Part shown: positions 57,433-64,000 of the stretch, in pieces
Numbering within the stretch: the first letter of the stretch is position 1
How the letters are laid out: the number at the start of each line of letters is the position of its first letter
Assembly (NCBI GenBank): GCA_964652615.1
Contig: CAZZAT010000001.1
Coordinates: forward strand, 153,886 to 217,885
Direction: 5' to 3'
Length of the DNA stretch: 64,000 bases
DNA from: an uncultured Candidatus Saccharibacteria bacterium
Lineage (GTDB): Bacteria > Patescibacteriota > Minisyncoccia > Phycocordibacterales > Phycocordibacteraceae
Notes under the pieces: model-generated
Database searches by the model: none
Told to the model about the DNA's origin: nothing
Seen by the model: the letters and a program-made list of their open reading frames with translations, nothing else
Made by a program: the position numbers and the translations under genes

Positions 57433-57804
57433 ATGACCTACGAAACTAACCTCCCCAAGCGCATGCCTCAAATGGGCTTCTACTACCATTACAAGCATGA
57501 CGAAGCGAAGGGCATGCGCGACTACGCATATTTCATCTATGGCGTAGGACACCATACGGAAGACAACCCACCCAAGGGAGATGAGCTCTTTTTGAACTAT
57601 CAACCGCTCTATGAAGCGTTTGTCTATGTGAACGGCAAGATGTATGACAATCGTCCGCTCGACATGTTCTATGAACCGGCCGAATGGCAAGGAAAAACAG
57701 TAGGGCGCTTCACGCGCATTACTGACGCCGATACCATCCGCGAATTGCAAAAGGTGCACCGACAGATGTATCCCGAACTCTACGAAGCGCTCGGTGTCCT
57801 GTAA
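57433..57804 (+). CDS. hypothetical protein (start at MTYETN)
   Basis: 124 aa, aromatic-rich, no motif recognised. Confidence 0.45.
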   Translation: MTYETNLPKRMPQMGFYYHYKHDEAKGMRDYAYFIYGVGHHTEDNPPKGDELFLNYQPLYEAFVYVNGKMYDNRPLDMFYEPAEWQGKTVGRFTRITDADTIRELQKVHRQMYPELYEALGVL

Positions 57805-57897
57805 TGAACCAGAAGCCCCTCTCTAGGAGGGGCTTCATTTTGTCTTCATGAGGAAACCGCTAGTGTACCCACACGGTTATTCATAATCGACTTTCGC

Positions 57898-58203
57898 ATG
57901 GAACAAAAATCTACTATGAGCTGGATAATCGCTGGCATCCTTGCAATCGCAGTCATCGCGCTTGCAAGCATTGTGTGGCACCAGCATCAAGAAAAGCAGA
58001 AGGACATAGACCACGTCCTCTCTGAAGGATATGAAAATATTGCTTTGGTGCGCGCACAAATGCAGATAAAGTGCGAAGGACCTGCAAGAAACGATGCGGA
58101 GTGCGAAGAAGCGCTCGAAGACCTTGCGGAAATTCTGCGCGACTTCGGCCAAGACCTCTCTCAAGCATCCACAACTGAAACCGAGCCTGCGCCAGCTCCG
58201 TAG
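57898..58203 (+). CDS. small membrane-anchored hypothetical protein
   Basis: N-terminal TM helix, Cys pair, acidic C-terminus. 101 aa. Confidence 0.4.
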   Translation: MEQKSTMSWIIAGILAIAVIALASIVWHQHQEKQKDIDHVLSEGYENIALVRAQMQIKCEGPARNDAECEEALEDLAEILRDFGQDLSQASTTETEPAPAP

Positions 58204-58260
58204 CGGAGTCCACAGATACGGAGGGACGCGAAAGCGTCCCTCCTTTCTGCATCCTCTTCC

Positions 58261-58836
58261 TTGTGTTATAGTCCTTTTCATCCAACCGCTTTGAGTACTA
58301 CTGAAAAGACACGCATTAACCGCGAGATCCGTGCTAGGGAGCTCCGCGTCATAGGCAAGGAAGGCGAGAACCTCGGGGTGCTCTCCTTGGAGGACGCCCT
58401 AAAGGCAGCAGAAGCTGCTGGCGTCGACCTTATCGAGATCTCGCCAAACGCCCTCCCTCCCGTTGCGAAAGTCATGGATTATGGTAAATTTCAGTACGAG
58501 TCGAAGAAGAAGGAGAGTGCTGCCCGTGCCAAGGCCAAAGTGTCTGAAACCAAGGAGGTCCAGATAAAGGTCGGAACGGGCGAAAACGACATGCGCTTGA
58601 AGGCCAAGAAAGCGGCCGAGTGGCTTGCTGAAGGGCATCGGGTGCGTGCCGAGCTTTTCCTCAAGGGACGCTACAAGGGTATGGACGAGGCATTCCTGAA
58701 GACAAGGCTCGAGAAGTTCCTGCTCCTCATTCCGTACGCATATCGCATCGCCGAACCCATTGCGAAATCCCCCAAAGGATTTGCTGGCATCGTTGAACGT
58801 GATATGAAAGCGGAGCGCGAGAAGAAGGGCGAATAA
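58261..58836 (+). CDS. infC: translation initiation factor IF-3 (non-ATG start; true start likely downstream, e.g. TTG near 58280)
   Basis: RINREIRARELRVIGKEGENLGVLSLEDALKAAEAAGVDLIEISPNALPPVAKVMDYGKFQYE, then the C-terminal domain. In an operon with rpmI-rplT. Confidence 0.85.
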   Translation: MCYSPFHPTALSTTEKTRINREIRARELRVIGKEGENLGVLSLEDALKAAEAAGVDLIEISPNALPPVAKVMDYGKFQYESKKKESAARAKAKVSETKEVQIKVGTGENDMRLKAKKAAEWLAEGHRVRAELFLKGRYKGMDEAFLKTRLEKFLLLIPYAYRIAEPIAKSPKGFAGIVERDMKAEREKKGE

Positions 58837-58841
58837 TCACC

Positions 58842-59024
58842 ATGAAAACCAACAAGTCTTACAAAAAGCGCATCAAGGTAACGAAAAACGGCAAGCTCAT
58901 CGCGAGAAAGCCGGGTCAGAACCATTTCAATGCAAAGGAGCGCGGCCGCACCAAAGGCGTGAAGCGCCGCAGCGTATCGCTCACCCTTAACAAGCGCATT
59001 ACCCGCCGCTTCCTCGGTAAGTAA
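58842..59024 (+). CDS. rpmI: 50S ribosomal protein L35
   Basis: MKTNKSYKKRIKVTKNGKL. 60 aa. Confidence 0.9.
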   Translation: MKTNKSYKKRIKVTKNGKLIARKPGQNHFNAKERGRTKGVKRRSVSLTLNKRITRRFLGK

Positions 59025-59049
59025 TTAATCTCCCTCTAATCCCTTTCAT

Positions 59050-59397
59050 ATGCCACGAGTAAAAGGAGGAATGCAGTCATTGAAGCGCCGCAGAAACGTC
59101 TTGAAGCGCGCCAAGGGCTACCGCCACGAGAGAAGCAAGAAGGAGCGTCGTGCAAACGAGTCTTTGGTGCACGCTGGCCGCAACGCTTTTGCTGGACGCC
59201 GCGACAAGAAGAACGATTTCCGCCAGCTTTGGATTGTCCGCTTGAATGCAGCACTTCGTGAGAACGAAAGCGGCTCATACAGCACCTTCATCGCAAAGAT
59301 GAAGAAAGGCGGCATAGCGCTCGACCGTAAGGTACTTGCAACGCTTGCGCAAAAGCACCCTGAAGCTTTCAAGCGAATGCTTGCAAAGGTGAAGTAA
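59050..59397 (+). CDS. rplT: 50S ribosomal protein L20
   Basis: MPRVKGGMQSLKRRRNVLKRAKGYRHERSK. 115 aa. Confidence 0.95.
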   Translation: MPRVKGGMQSLKRRRNVLKRAKGYRHERSKKERRANESLVHAGRNAFAGRRDKKNDFRQLWIVRLNAALRENESGSYSTFIAKMKKGGIALDRKVLATLAQKHPEAFKRMLAKVK

Positions 59398-59399
59398 AG

Positions 59400-59432
59400 A
59401 AAAGCCCCGCGACAGCGGGGTTCTTTCTTACT
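59400..59432. terminator. rho-independent terminator (aaagccccgcgacagcggggttctttctt), bidirectional position between rplT and RNase J
   Basis: 8-bp GC stem plus T-run immediately after the rplT stop. Confidence 0.55.
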
Positions 59433-59612
59433 CTGAAAGTGGCTCCTCGAAGGGTTTTGTCTCCGTCGCTCTCTCCTCGTTACGATTTTTATCGAGAAAC
59501 CGTCCCATGTTTTGGTTATTGTCGCGGCCTTTGTGTACAATTGCACGTCCCGCACTTCGCTGCTGCTTATATGCATCTTTTGCGTTTAACGGTTCAGGAA
59601 AAGAATTTAAAC

Positions 59613-61019
59613 TCATGCAGACAGTATACTCTCAAACCGCGCTCCTTCTTTTGAAATAAGGAATGATTGTCCATTCATAGGGACAATGGCTTTTGTACCA
59701 AGATACCCGTGTATACGCTGCGCGAGAAAGCGCGCTGATGAAGGCTCCCCTATTCCTACAATAAAAGTCTTGGTTCTCGGAAGGCACGCTTCAGCGTATG
59801 AAAGTAGTCCATCACGGTCAGCATGTCCCGACCACCCATGGAGGGTTTCAACGGTTGCGCGCACGCTAACCTCCCTGTTGTCGATACGTACGCGCCTTGC
59901 TCCGTCTTGGAGGCGGCGGCCTGGAGAACCTGGCGCCTGATACCCAACCATAATAAGGGTGGTGTGCGGGTCAGGAAGATAGAGGTGTTCCCATTTGCCA
60001 ATGCGCCCACCATGACTCATGCCTGCTCCAGCAATAATAATTTTAGGGTTCTTCGCTCCTCGTATAGTCTCGGATTCTTCGCGTGAGAGTGTTGTGGTAA
60101 GGAACGGAAAACGAAAGAGGTCATGCTCTTTTGCCTCGTCTCTCGCTTCGCTATTGAAATACGTCCCTCCCCATTTTCGATAGATGTCGGTTACGCGTAT
60201 AGCAAGCGGCGAGTCGAGGAATACCGGAATCTTCTGTAGGCGCCCTTCATCCATAAGCTTTCCGATTTCATAAAGCATGAGCTGGCTGCGCTCAATTGAA
60301 AACGCCGGCAAGAGTATCGCTCCCCCCTTTGCAATGGCTTTTTTAAGCGTTGCTTCGAGCTTTTGAAGTCGATGCTCCTTTTCGTCATTTGCTCGGTCAC
60401 CATATACGCTTTCAATAAGAACAGCATCTGCATCAGTAATGGGTTCTACGTCAGGCAAAAGAAGTGCGGGTGAGTTCCCGATATCGCTTGTTACCGCAAG
60501 CGCCGTACCGTCAGGACTTTTGACCCGCACACTTGCAGAACCCAGAATGTGGCCCGTGTCCCGAAGCAAAATGGAAAGCCCTTCTCCCACTTCTTTTTCT
60601 GTGCGATACGATAGTGGCTCAATAAGAGAGAGGAAGGTTTCAACATCAGCATCGCCGTACAGGGGCGGCATATCGTGCTGCTTTGCGTTTCGTCCGAGAA
60701 TATCAACGCTGTCGCGCAATATCGCTTCTGAAAGATCACGCGTAGGAGGTGTCATATATACTTTCCCGCGAAAACCCTCTCTCACCAGACGCGGAGCTCT
60801 CCCCACATGATCAAGATGCGCATGGGTAATGACGAGCGCATCAAGCGTCTTTGGATCATACGGAAACGGCGCATAGGCACGCGCTTCTGAATAATCTCTC
60901 CCCTGCTCTGTCCCACAGTCAATGACAAGCGTTGCGCCTGTCTCTACATTTTCAACAAGAAAGTTCGAGCCGGTAACGCTTTCTGCGCCCCCGTACGTTG
61001 TGAGCCTTAGTTGCGCCAT
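59613..61019 (-). CDS. rnj: ribonuclease J (metallo-beta-lactamase / beta-CASP)
   Basis: HAHLDH metallo-beta-lactamase motif, beta-CASP region. 468 aa. Confidence 0.9.
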   Translation of the reverse strand: MAQLRLTTYGGAESVTGSNFLVENVETGATLVIDCGTEQGRDYSEARAYAPFPYDPKTLDALVITHAHLDHVGRAPRLVREGFRGKVYMTPPTRDLSEAILRDSVDILGRNAKQHDMPPLYGDADVETFLSLIEPLSYRTEKEVGEGLSILLRDTGHILGSASVRVKSPDGTALAVTSDIGNSPALLLPDVEPITDADAVLIESVYGDRANDEKEHRLQKLEATLKKAIAKGGAILLPAFSIERSQLMLYEIGKLMDEGRLQKIPVFLDSPLAIRVTDIYRKWGGTYFNSEARDEAKEHDLFRFPFLTTTLSREESETIRGAKNPKIIIAGAGMSHGGRIGKWEHLYLPDPHTTLIMVGYQAPGSPGRRLQDGARRVRIDNREVSVRATVETLHGWSGHADRDGLLSYAEACLPRTKTFIVGIGEPSSARFLAQRIHGYLGTKAIVPMNGQSFLISKEGARFESILSA

Positions 61020-61363
61020 AGCGTGAAGCGCGCAAGTACGTATGCGGCAAGTGCACCAAGAAAGCCGGTCAATAAATCAAGCGTGGTATCGAAGATATAG
61101 TTCGTATCGCGCGGAACGCCGAAGTAGTACTCAAATACCTCCCACGCAACAGCAACTGCAAAGAATCCTGTAAGAAAGAGAAACGGGCGAAAACGTATAA
61201 GAAACCCTGCAAGAAAGATACCGATGGTAAAGCCTCCCACAAAATGCACAGGCACATCAAGCCATACGTTGCGCCAGTACAAATACTCTTGAAGCGCATG
61301 GACATGAAACGCCGCGAGAAGCGCGCTTAGGACAAGCGCTCCGAGAAGCCAGAGAGAACGCAT
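61007..61363 (-). CDS. small hypothetical membrane protein (4 TM)
   Basis: 118 aa, four hydrophobic helices. Confidence 0.45.
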   Translation of the reverse strand: MRSLWLLGALVLSALLAAFHVHALQEYLYWRNVWLDVPVHFVGGFTIGIFLAGFLIRFRPFLFLTGFFAVAVAWEVFEYYFGVPRDTNYIFDTTLDLLTGFLGALAAYVLARFTLWRN

Positions 61364-61602
61364 AGTAGAGTCATCCTAGCATGGCAAAAGAAAACGTCCC
61401 CGATTATAGCGGAGACGCTTTCGTGGGGCCACCCCGTCGCGGCAACTGTGTGTGCCACGTGGGTTTCCGCATGCCGCCCGTCGGCCTTACGGCACCAGAG
61501 TCGGCAGATATAAGAATCCCTGAAGGTAGGTAGTTGCGTTAGTAGGAATGGCTCCCATAGGTAGTATACCTCTGCCCAAAAGTAAGGGTGTGGATACTCC
61601 TT

Positions 61603-62211
61603 TTACTCCATAATCCCGTCCAAGTTCACGTCGTAGAGTATTTGCTCTTGTACGATGCGGTAGTTCAAGAGATCCTCTGGCTTAAGCCAAAGCGTAATCT
61701 CACGCTCTGCTTCTTCTGGAGAGTCCGAGCAGTGCACAAGGTTTCGTATGCCGCGGTCATCGAGTGCCGACACGCTATAGGAATCGAGCGTGTAGTCGCC
61801 GCGTATCGTTCCCACATCTGACGTTGCAGGTTCTGTGCCTCCCACAAGCTTTTTCACAACCGCAACTGCCTGATTGCCCTGAAGTACCATCACTACAACC
61901 GGACCAGAAATCATGTACTTCTCAACCACGCGGATAATGTCCTTGCCGTACTCAAGCGCATCTTTTTCAACGGGAAGCCCGTGCGCAGTGCGGTCATCGA
62001 TAATGCCCTGCCCTTTGCGCAGATACCATTCGTCTTGTTTTCCGTAGTGCGTATTCACGCGCTCTTGATCAAGCATCGTAAACGAAAGGTGGGTAATTTT
62101 AAGACCTACGCGCTCGAAGCGCTTTATGATTTCGCCCACAAGAGAACGCTGCACAGCGTCTGGCTTCAATATGACGAACGTGCGCTCTTTGGAAGGATGC
62201 GGATGTGCCAT
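61603..62211 (-). CDS. ndk: nucleoside diphosphate kinase (extended form)
   Basis: ERTFVILKPDAVQR and NLVHCSDS (active-site His). About 60 aa longer than canonical NDK. Confidence 0.85.
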   Translation of the reverse strand: MAHPHPSKERTFVILKPDAVQRSLVGEIIKRFERVGLKITHLSFTMLDQERVNTHYGKQDEWYLRKGQGIIDDRTAHGLPVEKDALEYGKDIIRVVEKYMISGPVVVMVLQGNQAVAVVKKLVGGTEPATSDVGTIRGDYTLDSYSVSALDDRGIRNLVHCSDSPEEAEREITLWLKPEDLLNYRIVQEQILYDVNLDGIME

Positions 62212-62274
62212 GGTGTGGTAATTAAAAAATGGCCCGAGGGCTTCTATGCAGGCACCATAGCACGCCGTTTCAGT

Positions 62275-63054
62275 TTACGAAACCTCAGAGGGGCGCCGCG
62301 TAAGCACGCGTGTACCCGCCTTTTCGATGAGAATGGTGTGTTCGTGATGCGAGGCACGAGAGCCATCCTTGGTACGATACGTCCATCCGTCAGGAGCAAG
62401 TACGACCGTTCCTTTGCCTGACGTTGCAATAGGTTCAAGCGCAAGCACCATCCCCTCTACAAGTTCGGGGCCTGTACCCTTGCTTCCCGTATTCCCTATC
62501 CAAGGCTCTTCATGCACGCTCTCTCCAACGCCATGGCCCCCGAGTACTTTCACAACCGTAAACCCCGTTCCCTTGAAAGCCTTTTCTGTTGCATATGAGA
62601 TATCACCGACTCTTCCCCCTACCTTTGCCGCAGCAATAGCAGCTTCAAGAGAGCGTTTGGTTGCTTCCATAAGCGCGCGGTATTTCTCCTCAACCGCACC
62701 AACAGGAACGGTAACAGCCGAGTCAGAGACGAATCCGTTATGAATAAGTCCAAGATCAAGCGATACAATATCGCCCTCCTCCAAAATGCGCGGCTCTTCG
62801 TTTGGAATACCGTGCACTACCTCATCATTTACTGACACACATAGTGTTGCTGGATACGGGCGTGCCCCATCAGTTGCATAGCCTAAGAAAGCAGGCACAT
62901 CGCCGCCGTCGCGAATAAGCTCTTCTGCGCGCGCATCAAGCGCTTCGGTTGAAACACCAGGTGCAACCATGCGGGTAAGCTCTTCAAGCACGAGTCCTAG
63001 GCGTCGCCCTGACTCAAGTATGCCGTCTCGCTGTTCTTTCGTTCTGACAATCAT
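62275..63054 (-). CDS. map: type I methionine aminopeptidase
   Basis: Pita-bread fold metal ligands (D...D...H...E...E pattern: VSVNDEVVHGIP, GHGVGESVHE). Confidence 0.95.
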   Translation of the reverse strand: MIVRTKEQRDGILESGRRLGLVLEELTRMVAPGVSTEALDARAEELIRDGGDVPAFLGYATDGARPYPATLCVSVNDEVVHGIPNEEPRILEEGDIVSLDLGLIHNGFVSDSAVTVPVGAVEEKYRALMEATKRSLEAAIAAAKVGGRVGDISYATEKAFKGTGFTVVKVLGGHGVGESVHEEPWIGNTGSKGTGPELVEGMVLALEPIATSGKGTVVLAPDGWTYRTKDGSRASHHEHTILIEKAGTRVLTRRPSEVS

Positions 63055-63626
63055 GAAAGCTGTAGTACTTTTGCGATATCTTCTGCTATCTTCTCGGGCG
63101 CCTGTTCCCCATCTATATCGATAAGAACGCCGTTCTTCTCAAAGAGTGCGATGGCTTTCGAGGTGTACTGCTCGTATTCTTCGAGTCTCGTTTCAACCGA
63201 ATGGTCATCTGCCCTATCCTGCACCTCTTTGCGCAAATCAAGGCGGCGGCGCACTTCCTCATCAGACACGCGTATGTGAAGCACGGTGAAAGGGCGTTCA
63301 AGCCAGTTCAATGAGGAGATAATAAGCTCCGCTTCCTGCTCCTTGCGGTTGAAGCCATCAAAGATAATGTTCGCATCCGCAGGCAAAGAAAAGAGGCCTT
63401 TCAGATAGAGGTACATCGCAAACCAGTGCGGCATCAAAAGACCCTGATCGATATCGTATTTGGTTTTTCGTCCTGCGGGCGATTCCTCTTTTGCTATTTC
63501 TCGAAACGCAGCTCCTGCGGCGATAACATCCCAGCCCGTCTTTGCGGACAAGAGCTTTGTCTGCGTACCCTTTCCGCAGCCTGGCTTTCCGATGAAAAAG
63601 ATTGTTCGTGGTTCCATGCCTATCAC
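63051..63626 (-). CDS. adk: adenylate kinase
   Basis: P-loop GKPGCGKGTQ, LID-less short form. 191 aa. 4-bp overlap with map. Confidence 0.95.
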   Translation of the reverse strand: MIGMEPRTIFFIGKPGCGKGTQTKLLSAKTGWDVIAAGAAFREIAKEESPAGRKTKYDIDQGLLMPHWFAMYLYLKGLFSLPADANIIFDGFNRKEQEAELIISSLNWLERPFTVLHIRVSDEEVRRRLDLRKEVQDRADDHSVETRLEEYEQYTSKAIALFEKNGVLIDIDGEQAPEKIAEDIAKVLQLS

Positions 63627-63671
63627 TCTAGCATTAACGAACGCGGGCCCTGATGCGGCCCGCGGTTCCTT

Positions 63672-64000
63672 CTAGTATTCGCGAAGCGACGTCTGCGCGT
63701 CCACTTTGCGTATAAGGTCGAGGAGTACCGTAACGACGATAAGAAGCGCTGTACCACCAATAAGGATAGCTGAAATGCCTGTAATGCCTTGAATGATGAA
63801 GGGCACGACAGCAATAGCACCAAGGAAGAAGGATCCTGGAAGCGTAATGCGGTTTACGACGTTGCCAATGTACGTCTCGGTCTCGCGGCCAGGACGCACT
63901 CCAGGAACAAACGCTCCTGACTTCTGAAGATTCTCCGCCACTTTATGCGGTTCAAACGTAATCGAGGTGTAGAAGTAGGTAAACATAACAACGAGAACGA
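63672..64000 (-). CDS. secY: preprotein translocase subunit SecY, C-terminal fragment (gene continues beyond window end)
   Basis: C-terminal TM9-10 region with FVPGVRPG and the ...LDLIRKVDAQ...REY tail. Canonical secY-adk-map order. Confidence 0.9.
   Translation of the reverse strand, partial: VLVVMFTYFYTSITFEPHKVAENLQKSGAFVPGVRPGRETETYIGNVVNRITLPGSFFLGAIAVVPFIIQGITGISAILIGGTALLIVVTVLLDLIRKVDAQTSLREY

Overview
64 kb of a small-gene bacterial chromosome (about 50-55% GC) that reads like a Candidate Phyla Radiation / Patescibacteria-type genome, though no taxonomic search was possible. The housekeeping backbone is pyrG, ftsEX, prfB, gatCA, ligA, recG, pyrB, ftsH, smpB plus ssrA, infC-rpmI-rplT, RNase J, ndk, map, adk and a secY fragment. 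A large type IV pilus / competence cluster sits on the minus strand: four pseudopilins, pilD, pilA, pilC, pilT, a CheY-like receiver, pilB, pilO/N-like genes and pilM, with divergent comF. The window also holds several secreted peptidoglycan-binding proteins, eight tRNAs and a tmRNA. Three accessory structures stand out. (1) A roughly 7.3 kb element sits between the 3' end of tRNA-Thr(CGT) and that tRNA's displaced terminator hairpin. It carries a large serine recombinase, a DUF3800 gene and a metal/disulfide cargo module (DsbA, two DUF305 proteins, a heavy-metal-binding DoxX/MauE-like fusion, an HXXEE protein). It is bounded by att-like repeats and, unusually, contains an internal inverted copy of both of its own end-arms, so two segments are each flanked by long inverted repeats. 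(2) An initiator-like tRNA(CAU) is interrupted after the anticodon by a 245-nt group I intron with recognisable P, Q, R and S elements. A free-standing AT-rich HNH endonuclease gene lies next to it. (3) A 26-bp direct repeat of that tRNA's 3' end lies 2.3 kb downstream, marking an integrase-less island remnant (alpha/beta hydrolase, an IucA/IucC-like gene split by an in-frame stop). Other points are a tRNA-Ile(UAU) alongside a degenerate tRNA-like(CAU), a HEPN(Rx4H) protein next to tRNA-Gln, and a bipartite motif flanking a PurM-like gene. All calls come from reading the sequence and the supplied ORF translations, with no database search.
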